This document shows positions 54,289 through 63,259 of a stretch of DNA of 64,000 nucleotides, piece by piece (the first letter of the stretch is position 1; each line of letters opens with the position of its first letter). The DNA is from Candidatus Bathyarchaeia archaeon. Its GTDB lineage: Archaea > Thermoproteota > Bathyarchaeia > Bathyarchaeales > Bathycorpusculaceae. The DNA is taken from positions 10,996-74,995 of the forward strand of contig JBHGBG010000001.1 of the NCBI GenBank assembly GCA_041946875.1, read 5' to 3'. The notes beneath the pieces are model-generated. The model was not told the origin of the DNA, made no database searches, and saw only the letters and a list, made by a program, of their open reading frames with translations. The translations under genes were made by a program, and so were the position numbers.

Positions 54289-54798
54289 TCACACACGAAT
54301 CTCGGCTCGCAACAGCAGCGTAAAGTTCTCGTTTACAGTTGACAGTCGTGCTCCGATTCTAGCCACGTACAGGTGCCCGCCGAGCCAGAAGTACCTTCCA
54401 GCCAACTTCAGCGTCACGGGTTGACCATCCGGTCCGGTTCCCTGCGCCTGCAGCAAGATTAAGTGTCTGCCGCGGAGGACTCCGCCGTTGCCAGAAGCAA
54501 TCGAGTAGGGTACTTCGTTGACGAAGACGGTTCCGCCCGTGACGTTAAACCGTGGAACGTCGGTGCTCTCCGAACGCTCCAAGACCAGCGTGAAGTTCGC
54601 GGGGAAAGTCACGTTCTCGCCGTTGACGATTCTGGCGATGCCTTTCGCAACGAGTGTTCTGCTTTCAGCCAAGGCGTTTTCGTCGCTGGCTGGCAAAGCG
54701 TAAGCCGCGTAGGGCGCGACCACCACCATCAAAGCCACAACCGCCGCCGCTGCGATGAGGATTTTGCTTTTCTTTGTGAAGGTTACCATCGTTTTCAC
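54289..54798 (-). CDS. Hypothetical secreted/anchored protein
   Basis: N-terminal signal anchor KILIAAAAVVALMVVVAPYAAYA. No motif recognised. Confidence 0.4.
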   Translation of the reverse strand: MKTMVTFTKKSKILIAAAAVVALMVVVAPYAAYALPASDENALAESRTLVAKGIARIVNGENVTFPANFTLVLERSESTDVPRFNVTGGTVFVNEVPYSIASGNGGVLRGRHLILLQAQGTGPDGQPVTLKLAGRYFWLGGHLYVARIGARLSTVNENFTLLLRAEIRV

Positions 54799-54880
54799 CT
54801 CCAGTCTGCTTCTTTACAGTTTCCTCTAGGCTGAAAGCTTAAAAGGCAGCCGCACTCTTAATGTGCACCAGAAATGTACA

Positions 54881-55285
54881 CTAACCTTGCTTCTCGTTCA
54901 GCTTCTCCGCCAGAAGTTCTTCCTCCATGTGGAGGAGCAGACCTACGCGGCGTTCCCAGCGACTGAAGAACCGAAACTGCGAGTACAAGGCGTAGATGCT
55001 GTAGCCCAAGAAGACGCCTGCAGCGAGCAGAAGCAGAAATTCAACCAGACCTAACCCAAAGAGCCTGCTGCGCAGGAGTATCAGCACCACGACTATGAAG
55101 AGGATGCTGGAGGAGACCAAGCTGATGAGGACGCCGTTCCTGAACTTGCTCCATTCCCTGTCCAACTCAAACAGAAAGTCATGCAGCGACCTTACTGGGT
55201 AAACCTTGTCCGTTTCGTGTTCAGACATTTCTTTCTCTTCCGCTCCTTTTTCCCCTGTTCGATGTTCATATACCCGATGCACCAC
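54881..55285 (-). CDS. Hypothetical membrane protein
   Basis: Two central TM helices. The start is uncertain (the M at residue 20 is possible). Confidence 0.35.
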   Translation of the reverse strand: MVHRVYEHRTGEKGAEEKEMSEHETDKVYPVRSLHDFLFELDREWSKFRNGVLISLVSSSILFIVVVLILLRSRLFGLGLVEFLLLLAAGVFLGYSIYALYSQFRFFSRWERRVGLLLHMEEELLAEKLNEKQG

Positions 55286-55297
55286 AGGTGAACCCTG

Positions 55298-55564
55298 CTA
55301 GAGAATCGAGGGCAGAGACCTCCGCAAGTCCAAGTAGAGCTTTCGTCCTTCGTCCGTCAGCATGCAGGCGCCTTCGTCGGTTTCCTTGATGAGCTTTTTC
55401 TCCTTCAGGTACTCCAGGTGCTTCAGAAAATCATCGTACGCGAGGTTCGTGGATTTCCGCCAGACCTTCGTCCGCAGCTGGGGTTTGCTGTCGAAGAAGA
55501 GGTATTCTAAGATTTCGAACCGTATCTGGACCGCGCTCTTCCGCAGCCGCCCCATGAGATGCAC
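55298..55564 (-). CDS. Small winged-helix DNA-binding protein
   Basis: 88 aa. FEILEYL.....LRTKVWRKSTNLAYDDFLKHLEYLKEKKLI...D has a wHTH-like pattern. Confidence 0.45.
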   Translation of the reverse strand: MHLMGRLRKSAVQIRFEILEYLFFDSKPQLRTKVWRKSTNLAYDDFLKHLEYLKEKKLIKETDEGACMLTDEGRKLYLDLRRSLPSIL

Positions 55565-55684
55565 CGGAAAACAAGACTATTATCGTCTACGATTGCACAT
55601 AAAGATTCCCGACACGTCGGAGTTCGGTCGGGTTAGCGTTAGTTTTATTAGGCTTCTGTGGGATGATTATGTGGGACAAATCCG

Positions 55685-55945
55685 ATGTCAACGGCAAGAG
55701 TCGACGAAAAAAACAGAATCGTCATCGACAAAAGAACGAGGGCAAAAACGCGCATAAAAGCAGGAGACATCGTCGTAATTGAACCGCTTGATGACCACAG
55801 CTTCAGAGTGAGAGTGCTTGACTTTTCGGGAAAGGTCGAAGACGACCCCGGATGGAAGGCTTTCCATCCACCAGCCAAAGCCAAGAAATACATTCCTCCA
55901 GAAAGACTGGACAAATTCATGGAGGAAGAAATTTGGCTAGAGTAG
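55685..55945 (+). CDS. vapB: AbrB/SpoVT-family antitoxin (VapB-type)
   Basis: RVDEKNRIVIDKRTRAKTRIKAGDIVVIEP is a SpoVT-AbrB looped-hinge motif. Confidence 0.7.
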   Translation: MSTARVDEKNRIVIDKRTRAKTRIKAGDIVVIEPLDDHSFRVRVLDFSGKVEDDPGWKAFHPPAKAKKYIPPERLDKFMEEEIWLE

Positions 55946-56391
55946 CTGTGTCTGAATCGAAACGTCACGCTTTGCTAGATACAAACGTGATTGTCTATGC
56001 AATGGTAACTGACTACTCAGATAGACTCCATCGAAAATGTCTTGCGCTTGTGGAGAAGGGGCTCAAAGGAGAGACAGACTACATTCTAGCTTTAGACCCA
56101 ATAATAATAGTCGAAACATTTTCGGTGTTAAAAGAAACATTGGGCTACACTGAAGCCGAATCGCGCGTAAGCACCCTCTTGCGTTCAAGGCGTATTGATT
56201 TCCTACTAACTTCAAGAGAAGCTTGCCAAAACGCTGTTCGATGGGCAAAAGAGAAAGCTGTGCCAGTCAATGATGCGATGATTGGTGCCAACGCAGCAGA
56301 ACACTCAGCCTTGGTCTACACCGCAGATGAAGGGCATTTCAAGAAACTTGAAAAATATGGAGTAAGAATTGTTAACCCCACCAAACCTTAG
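55933..56391 (+). CDS. vapC: PIN-domain ribonuclease toxin (VapC-type)
   Basis: LLDTNVIVYA near the N-terminus and NDAMIGANA....LVYTADEGHF at the C-terminus. The start is ambiguous: TTG at 55933 overlaps the vapB stop, and GTG at 55948 is the alternative. Confidence 0.7.
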   Translation: MARVAVSESKRHALLDTNVIVYAMVTDYSDRLHRKCLALVEKGLKGETDYILALDPIIIVETFSVLKETLGYTEAESRVSTLLRSRRIDFLLTSREACQNAVRWAKEKAVPVNDAMIGANAAEHSALVYTADEGHFKKLEKYGVRIVNPTKP

Positions 56392-56407
56392 CCGCGCCGG
56401 AATTTTA

Positions 56408-56509
56408 TGGTGGGCCCGGGGAGATTCGGACTCCCGACCAACAGGTCTCTCAGTGCCCTAATAGGCATCTTATGAGCCTGGCGCTCTAACCTAGCTGAGC
56501 TACGGGCCC
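56408..56509 (-). tRNA. tRNA with anticodon CAU (elongator Met or Ile2) and a 24-nt intron at the canonical 37/38 position; CCA encoded
   Basis: The minus strand reads GGGCCCG UA GCUC AGCUAGGUUA GAGC G CCAGG CUCAUA[AGATGCCTATTAGGGCACTGAGAG]A CCUGU UGGUC GGGAG UCCGAAU CUCCC CGGGCCC A CCA. The G1:C72 pair argues against an initiator tRNA. Confidence 0.8.
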
Positions 56510-56663
56510 GCACTGCGCTTTCGCTACTATTGCTGTTTCAGACGGAATTTAAACGTTTTCCGCAGCATCCATCCCAAGCAAAGCCCAGAGTGCGTTCCCA
56601 AACAGTTGTTCGTGAGATGCTATGGAACAAAAAAAGGAAGAGGAAGTTTGCCGTTTTCGCCGT

Positions 56664-59258
56664 CTACTTACGTCTTCTGAGGACTAACAATGCGGCAGCG
56701 GCAACAACCACTACGACAACTGCTGCAGCGGCGGCGACATACAATTCATTTCCTGGGGCTTGCTCTGGCTGTGGCACCTGCGTTGGTGAAACTGTTGGCG
56801 GAGGCGGTGTTGGAGTAGTCGGTGTTGTTGGTGGCGACGTCGGAGCTGTGGTTGGTGGCGGCGGAACAGACGCTGCTGGAGCGGTGGCAGGACCGACGGT
56901 TATGAAGGTTTCGTCGTAGGAACTGCCGTAGGCGTCAGAACCTGGGAATGTGGCCGTGATCTTGTACAAGCCTTGGTCTGGCGGAGTCCAAGAGTAGCCG
57001 AATTTCCCGCTCATCTCGCTGATGACAGTCCCGATTTCTATCACGTTGCCGTTTGGTCCTCTGGCGCTCAGAATCACTGGAACCCCTTTGGCGTCTCCAG
57101 GTATGGGCTGCTGCATGTATATGTACTGCATCCAAGCACTCATGCTGGTGTCCGCTATGGCGGGTGAGCCTTTCGCGCCTGCCGACTCGTCGGTAACTCC
57201 ACCCGTGATCGTTATCGCTTGTCCTTTGGGAACGGCTGTGAGCGGTGCCTGAACCGTGGTGGCGCTCGGTCCTTTGCCGATGGCGTAGATCCGGTTGTCG
57301 TAGATGTTCTGGTATACTATCACGCCGTCGGCGATGGCTGGGTTGTTGGACCAGTGGGGCGAGTAGAACGGTAGCTTCCAGAGTTCTTGTCCTGTTTCTA
57401 TGTCTATGCAAGCCATCGGCGCACCTCGCTCTTTGGGATCGTCAGGCGAGTGCTCCCCGGCTATCACGTAGACTCTTCCGTCGGCAATGATTGCCACATC
57501 GAGGACGTAGCGTCCACTCCACTTTGCGTCGCCGAAGTAGTCGTCTTTGGCTTCCCACGCCCACAGTCTATTGCCCGTGGTGACGTCGTAGCAGTAAACA
57601 ATTCCGCTGTAGCCGTATGTGAACAGTTTGCCGTAGGCGATGTTACCTCTCGTGCCGACCGTGTAGTCCCATGCGTCTTGAGATTGGGTTGGACCCCAAA
57701 TTTGCTGTCCGCTGGCGAGGTTGTAACCCCAGTGTTGCCTTGACTCAGTTCCCCATATCGTGAAGACGTTGCTTTCAACGTTTGCCGCTTCGAGACTGCG
57801 CGTGACGCCGTCAGTTGCTGTGTAGTCTTTTGTCCATAGCAGCTGCCCTTCCTGTCCGGGTTTAAGGCTGAGGCACCAGACTGTCCAGTTGGCGGTTCCG
57901 AGGTTCAGCCGACCTGTCTGTCCCAGACCTGACGAACCAAGGATTCTGTCGGGGAAAACAAAGTTGATGGCTCCCGCTATGTTTGACGGTATTGTTACGT
58001 TCCATTGGAAACCCCTCGTTCCGTTCACCGTTTTGCCGTAAGGTCTCCACTGCCAGTTCTGAGTTCCCGTTGCGGCGCCAAGCAGTTCTGGAATGGCTGA
58101 AGAGTTCCAGCAAGCAAGCCAGTGGCCCGCGGCGTTAAGCTGGTATCTCATTATGCTTCCGTCCGAACTGGAAATCTGGCTTCCAGCTGGTACGCCGTTG
58201 ATGGTGTACACCCAGATTCCAGTCTGAGGGTCGTATGCGCGCCATTGAGAGCCGCTGATTGCCCACAAGTATGCGACTGCGCCGTGCTGGTTGGGTGAGT
58301 CATAGCGGTAGATTTGGCCAAAGTCTATCCTTGTATCGTTGTTGAACCACAGTTGTTCTCCGGTCTGCAGGTCCACACAGGCAAAGCCTGGCAGGGGTGC
58401 TCTGCGTGGGTACTGAATTCCACCATCGGTGCTGCCGTAGTAGGTGTCGGACGGGTATAGGTTGTAGTAGAGCTTTCCGTTTATGATAATCGGCGGGTTC
58501 CATTGTCCTTCATAGGCGTTTCCGCTGTAGTAGCTAGTGTCTCCGAATTCGCCTCCAACCAAGCCTCCCATCGTCAACTGTTTCGTCCAGAGTATGTGTC
58601 CAGTTTTTGGTCCTCTCGTGTAGGGGGCGAAGACCAAGTCATTTCTGGCTGGCGGTGACTCGAGCCAGTTCCCTGTTATGGGGTACCAGCCTCTGTTCTC
58701 AGGAAATACGGGGCGAGTCCAGTAGTCATTCGGGATTGGCGTTGCAGGAAACTCTGGAACCGGATTCTGCTGCACCATTATGGATACCGTGTCGCTTGTG
58801 CTAGGCTGGAAGTAGTCTCCTATGTACTCCTGTCCAGTCTTGTCGGTTGGGTTGAGGTTTTCGCCTGCGAGGGTTTGCCCTGGAAAACTAACCTGGAAGC
58901 TGTAATTGCCAATCGAGGTTGGCGCGTACATTGTCCATGCGAACCCGATTGGGTCTGAGTTGAATGGTCCCTTGGTTTCTGTTGTGCCGTCGGGCTTGGT
59001 AATTGTCAGTTTGATTCCATGCCATCTGTCACCGTAAGCGCCCAATGCTGTTGGCGGTTGTATGGAAAGCCACATGTAGACTTCCACTTGCTGACCCAGA
59101 CCCACCGTTACTGGTGAGACGCTGAGCATGGAGTACGTCTTGATGGACCACGCTGGTGTATGAGCGTTTGCGTACAATATGCTTCCGGAAATGGCGGCTA
59201 TGGTCATCGTCAGAACCAAAGTGATCGCAGCTAGAGTCTTGTTTTTTTGGTTTTTCAA
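56664..59258 (-). CDS. Large secreted PQQ-like beta-propeller repeat protein with Pro/Thr-rich linker and C-terminal TM anchor
   Basis: N-terminal signal peptide, repeated ..G..LW...-type propeller blades (TGQELWKLPF, TGNRLWAWEA, TGEQLWFNN), and an Ig-like C-terminal region. The tail reads PPPPTTAPTSPPTTPTTPTPPPP...AAAAAVVVVVVAAAALLVLRRRK. Confidence 0.7.
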   Translation of the reverse strand: MKNQKNKTLAAITLVLTMTIAAISGSILYANAHTPAWSIKTYSMLSVSPVTVGLGQQVEVYMWLSIQPPTALGAYGDRWHGIKLTITKPDGTTETKGPFNSDPIGFAWTMYAPTSIGNYSFQVSFPGQTLAGENLNPTDKTGQEYIGDYFQPSTSDTVSIMVQQNPVPEFPATPIPNDYWTRPVFPENRGWYPITGNWLESPPARNDLVFAPYTRGPKTGHILWTKQLTMGGLVGGEFGDTSYYSGNAYEGQWNPPIIINGKLYYNLYPSDTYYGSTDGGIQYPRRAPLPGFACVDLQTGEQLWFNNDTRIDFGQIYRYDSPNQHGAVAYLWAISGSQWRAYDPQTGIWVYTINGVPAGSQISSSDGSIMRYQLNAAGHWLACWNSSAIPELLGAATGTQNWQWRPYGKTVNGTRGFQWNVTIPSNIAGAINFVFPDRILGSSGLGQTGRLNLGTANWTVWCLSLKPGQEGQLLWTKDYTATDGVTRSLEAANVESNVFTIWGTESRQHWGYNLASGQQIWGPTQSQDAWDYTVGTRGNIAYGKLFTYGYSGIVYCYDVTTGNRLWAWEAKDDYFGDAKWSGRYVLDVAIIADGRVYVIAGEHSPDDPKERGAPMACIDIETGQELWKLPFYSPHWSNNPAIADGVIVYQNIYDNRIYAIGKGPSATTVQAPLTAVPKGQAITITGGVTDESAGAKGSPAIADTSMSAWMQYIYMQQPIPGDAKGVPVILSARGPNGNVIEIGTVISEMSGKFGYSWTPPDQGLYKITATFPGSDAYGSSYDETFITVGPATAPAASVPPPPTTAPTSPPTTPTTPTPPPPTVSPTQVPQPEQAPGNELYVAAAAAVVVVVVAAAALLVLRRRK

Positions 59259-59362
59259 TTTCTCTCCTCCAATTCTCTGGGTTTCCTTTCTGTTTGGTCC
59301 GTGTATTTAACACTTCTCGCAAAAAAGGCACTGGACTCCAGACAGAGATAGAGCACTTGCTC

Positions 59363-60226
59363 TCAGGCTTTCATCCTCTCGTAATGATACAGATACTCTT
59401 GGGCGTATCCTGCGTACTCTCCGAAATACTTCCTGCCCCATGAGTTCAGCCGTTCGTAGTCAGCGTTGCTCAGCGTTTCCCGCTCCGACAGCCTCTGCAC
59501 AGAGTCCACAGGAAGCTTATCCGCGTAGTGATTCAGGATGACTCGTCGCATCCAAACGTCCACGGGAAACGCCTCCAGCTTGTCCAGCGAGAACAGCAGC
59601 ACACAGTCAGCCACCTTTGGACCTACGCCTGGAAACTCGCAGAGCCCTTTCTTCGCCTCCATGTAAGGCATTCGCCTGATCCCCTCCAGGTTGAAATCGT
59701 CTTTGGCGATGCGTCTTGAGGTTGCGCTGACGTATTTGGCTCTGTAGCCTAAACCGCACTCAGCGAGGTCTTTCTCGGATGCAGCCGCAAGCATGCCGGG
59801 TTCAGGGAACGTGTAGAAACCCATGCCGTCCAGCGTAGTCCTCTCACCGAATTTCCGTGCGAGGTTGTTCAGCATGTGTCGGATGGCGGGGATGCTCTTG
59901 TACGCAGCGCAGATGTAGCTTATGAGGCACTCCCACGGGTCCTGCCTGATAAGGCGCAGTCCCCAGAAGGCTTTGAGCGCTTTGGCTATGTGCTCGTCCT
60001 TGTTTATGCTTCCGCTGATAGCCTGAAAGTCAACGTCCAAGCTGAAGTAGCGTTTCACGAATGCCTCGTCCACATTAGCGTATTCAAGCCTGCTCCGTGT
60101 CTGCCGCACCTTGAAGACTCTGTCTCTGCAGACGCCGTACCACCAGTCACCCACTTTTTCCCATCTGAAGACCTGCCCGCAGCAAACCGTCGCCTCCAAG
60201 TTAAACGGGACGACTTCAAGGTTCAC
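59363..60226 (-). CDS. ogg: 8-oxoguanine DNA glycosylase / HhH-GPD base-excision repair enzyme (Ogg-type)
   Basis: OGG_N-like CCGQVFRWEK and HhH-GPD motif FPGVGPKVADCVLLF. Confidence 0.75.
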   Translation of the reverse strand: MNLEVVPFNLEATVCCGQVFRWEKVGDWWYGVCRDRVFKVRQTRSRLEYANVDEAFVKRYFSLDVDFQAISGSINKDEHIAKALKAFWGLRLIRQDPWECLISYICAAYKSIPAIRHMLNNLARKFGERTTLDGMGFYTFPEPGMLAAASEKDLAECGLGYRAKYVSATSRRIAKDDFNLEGIRRMPYMEAKKGLCEFPGVGPKVADCVLLFSLDKLEAFPVDVWMRRVILNHYADKLPVDSVQRLSERETLSNADYERLNSWGRKYFGEYAGYAQEYLYHYERMKA

Positions 60227-62378
60227 CGCCGGTCTCCTCCATGAACTTGCTGGCAGGTGGCACCTCAGGAGACAAGCCCTTCGTCCTACGGGTTTCTGTG
60301 ATGACTTTGGCCGCCAGCTTCTCGGGCATTCTCTCCCAGCGGTCGAACAGGTTCTGCCACAAAGCTCTGCCCGAGGACATGGACCGCAGTTCCCTACTCA
60401 GCCCGAAGGTCTCCGCAACCGGGATGAACGCGGTGATGACTGCGGAGGCGCCTTTCTGCTCGAAGAACTTGATTTTGCCACGTCTGGTGGTGACAATTCG
60501 GGAGCATTCTCCGGCCAGCTCCGCGGGCAGCGTGAAGACTGTCCTGTAGACGGGCTCCAGCAAGACAGGCTCAGCGGTCAGGAAAGAGCCGAAGATGGCT
60601 TTGCCCACGGCGTGCATGATTTCGGTTGGGCTTCGGAATTCGGCTTTTTCACTCAACTGCAAGTCTTGAATGTGTACGCGCACGTGCCGCATGTTCTCTC
60701 CGCATAGGGGTCCTGCCCTGCAGGCAAACTCGAAGCCCGCGATGACGGATTCCAGCGTTTCCTCCTCGAGGTTTTCGGTTTTTCGGCTGCAGTCCAGCAG
60801 CACATTCCGATGCTCATCCACGGAGAGAATGTTGTCGTCTTCCTTGAAGATATGGACTTTTCCATCCTGAGGCATCTCCTCCTGAAGGGGTTCCACGCGG
60901 ACCGTGAACCTGTTCTGCCTGTTAGGGCTCGACGCCGTGGCTGCTGCGCCTTGCTTCGTGACGGTTTCCCTGTACACCACTCGGGGCGAGGACTCCACGA
61001 TCTCCAACCCGCTGCCCATGGCTTTCAGCTGGTTCAAGGCGACTTCCAAGTGCAGTTCGCCCATGCCGCTCAGGAGGTACTCGCCCGTTTCCTCGTTCAC
61101 CTCGACTAAGAGGTTCGGGTCTTCCGCCTCGAGTCTCCGCATTGCCTCCAGCAGGGTCTGCAGGTTCTCAGGGTTCTTGGGCTCGACCGCGACGGTCACG
61201 ACTGGTTCGGATACGTAGGTTATGCCCTCGAACGGCACCATGCCCGCCTTGTGCGCTACATCCACGAGGGTTTCGCCAGCCTTCACCGCGTCCGAAACCG
61301 CCAACGCCGCCAGGTTTCCAGCAGAGACCTCGTCGACTTCTTCCCTGAAGGAGCCCATGCTGACGTAGACGTGGCGTACGTCGGTTTCACCCAGCGCCTC
61401 GACCAAGTGCAGCCGGTCACCTTTCTTGACTGTGCCGGAGAAGACTCTACCCGCGGCAACCATGCCCACATCTGGGTCTGCCTGCACGTTCGTCACGCAG
61501 ATGACCGTGGGTCCCTCGTCGCTGCAGTCCGCCATGGCTAAGCCTGCCTCTGATTTCATGACGCCGTCCCAGATTCTCTCGACACGGTACACTTGGGCAA
61601 CCCGCGGGTTCGGAATACTCTTCACGGCCATAGCGAAAACGGCGTCGTGGACGGGCAGGACTTTCTTTAGGCTGTCTTGCTCACTTTTTGCGTACAGGTC
61701 GGCTATGTCGGCGAATCTCACGCCTTTTTGTCGCGCCATGGCTAACGTGAAGCCCCACCCGTGCAACGCCGAGCCGAAGGCAACGCTGCCTGTCGCCGGG
61801 TCCACTTTCCACTGCTCCTTGAGCGGTGTTTCTCCGTGGAGTTCGATGAGGTCGTTGAAGCTGTTGATGATGTGGGTTAGTTTCTTCTCAATCCCCTCCG
61901 CGTTCAAGTGCAGTTCGGTGATTAGGCGGTCGACCTTGTTGATGAACAGGACTGGGCGGACTCTTTCTTCGAGTGCCTGACGAGTCACAGTTTCGGTCTG
62001 CGCCATGATTTCTTCCACCGCGTCCACAACGACGACGGCGCCGTCTATGGCGCGGAGGGCTCGGGTGACCCTGCCCGTGAAGTCCACGTGCCCGGGCGTG
62101 TCCACGAGGTTAATCACGTAGCTGGCTTGCGCGGTCTTGTGAAGCAGGGTTATGTTGGCGGTTTTTATCGTGATTTTCCGCTTCTGCTCCTCTTCGAGGT
62201 AGTCGAGGACCCGGGCTGTTCCCGCCATCGTGGGAGACAGCAGCCCCGCGCCAGCCAGCAACGCGTCCGCCAGCGTGGTCTTGCCGTGGTCGATGTGGGC
62301 GATTATTCCCACGTTCCGTATGGATTCTTTCTGGCGCATGAGTTCTTGGATTTTGCCGATTTGTCTGAACCTTGGCAT
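60216..62378 (-). CDS. Elongation factor 2 family GTPase lacking the diphthamide histidine (probable aEF-2 paralogue)
   Basis: G1 AHIDHGKTT, G3 DTPGHVDF, G4 NKVD and full five-domain length (720 aa). The domain IV tip reads LSEKAEFRSPTE where canonical aEF-2 has LHEDAIHRGP.Q. Confidence 0.85.
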   Translation of the reverse strand: MPRFRQIGKIQELMRQKESIRNVGIIAHIDHGKTTLADALLAGAGLLSPTMAGTARVLDYLEEEQKRKITIKTANITLLHKTAQASYVINLVDTPGHVDFTGRVTRALRAIDGAVVVVDAVEEIMAQTETVTRQALEERVRPVLFINKVDRLITELHLNAEGIEKKLTHIINSFNDLIELHGETPLKEQWKVDPATGSVAFGSALHGWGFTLAMARQKGVRFADIADLYAKSEQDSLKKVLPVHDAVFAMAVKSIPNPRVAQVYRVERIWDGVMKSEAGLAMADCSDEGPTVICVTNVQADPDVGMVAAGRVFSGTVKKGDRLHLVEALGETDVRHVYVSMGSFREEVDEVSAGNLAALAVSDAVKAGETLVDVAHKAGMVPFEGITYVSEPVVTVAVEPKNPENLQTLLEAMRRLEAEDPNLLVEVNEETGEYLLSGMGELHLEVALNQLKAMGSGLEIVESSPRVVYRETVTKQGAAATASSPNRQNRFTVRVEPLQEEMPQDGKVHIFKEDDNILSVDEHRNVLLDCSRKTENLEEETLESVIAGFEFACRAGPLCGENMRHVRVHIQDLQLSEKAEFRSPTEIMHAVGKAIFGSFLTAEPVLLEPVYRTVFTLPAELAGECSRIVTTRRGKIKFFEQKGASAVITAFIPVAETFGLSRELRSMSSGRALWQNLFDRWERMPEKLAAKVITETRRTKGLSPEVPPASKFMEETGGEP

Positions 62379-62443
62379 GCTGTAACCCGCGGCTGATGTG
62401 CAGTTTTTGAGTGAACGAGGGGTTCCTATTAAATCTATGACCC

Positions 62444-63250
62444 GTGTATTTTACTGTGTTGTCACCGAAAGGGAGGAAATGTGTGAAGGACCCTGTCGTC
62501 GTCGCGGTGGAGCAACTGCATGAGGAGCCTTACGCGTCAGTCTTGTGCTATCCGAAACCCAACGACTGCGAGCTACAGCGTCGGCAATCGGAGCTGTGCA
62601 GTCTCGGGGTGACAGCCGTGGAGTTCTCGGGAACAGCCAGCGCATTCGGCGTTCCAGGTCCAATTCTGGGCAAGGGATATGTGGGCATTGTCTTAGTAGC
62701 CCACGTGGGCGGCGAGAGGTTGGCGCTCAAGATTCTCCGATTGGACGCTGGTCGTCCTGACCTGATGCACGAGGCAGCGATGCTCAAGAAAGCCAACTCT
62801 GTAGGTGTCGGTCCGAAGCTGAAGAGCGTGAGCCAGAACTTCCTGTTGACGCAGCTAATCGACGGCGACCTACTGCCCGCGTGGCTGAAGAGCCACAGAG
62901 AAAGAGAGGTGGTTCGCTCAGTTTTGAAGGAGGTCTTGGAGCAGTGCTGGCGGCTAGACCAAGCAGGCTTAGACCACGGAGAACTGAGCAAGGCACCCAA
63001 ACACGTCATCATCGACCGAGAACAGAAGCCTTGGCTCCTGGATTTCGAGACAGCCAGCGACAAGCGAAAACCCGCAAACGTCACTGCCATCTGCAACTTC
63101 CTCTTCACAAATGCAGGCACCGTAGCTACGGCAGTTGCGGGGGCGATAGGCGAAAGAGACAGAACAGAAATAGCCAGAACGTTGAAGGCTTACAGGAAGG
63201 AGAGAACCCGAGCCAGCTTCGAGCGAGTAGTTCACGTGTGTCTGGACTGA
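62444..63250 (+). CDS. Predicted small Ser/Thr protein kinase (RIO/COG2112-like)
   Basis: GKGYVGIVLVA....RLALKI (P-loop and Lys), LDHGELS....HVII (catalytic loop) and LLDFETAS (DFG-like). The start is uncertain: GTG at 62444, or GTG at 62483 preceded by GGGAGG. Confidence 0.5.
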   Translation: MYFTVLSPKGRKCVKDPVVVAVEQLHEEPYASVLCYPKPNDCELQRRQSELCSLGVTAVEFSGTASAFGVPGPILGKGYVGIVLVAHVGGERLALKILRLDAGRPDLMHEAAMLKKANSVGVGPKLKSVSQNFLLTQLIDGDLLPAWLKSHREREVVRSVLKEVLEQCWRLDQAGLDHGELSKAPKHVIIDREQKPWLLDFETASDKRKPANVTAICNFLFTNAGTVATAVAGAIGERDRTEIARTLKAYRKERTRASFERVVHVCLD

Positions 63251-63259
63251 ACTTTACGT

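Noticed and set aside
56530-56919. 129-aa plus-strand ORF with AAATTTTTAAAA and GGGV runs
   Set aside because: It is antisense to the Pro/Thr-rich linker and Ala/Val TM anchor of the 864-aa propeller protein. It is a low-complexity mirror image.
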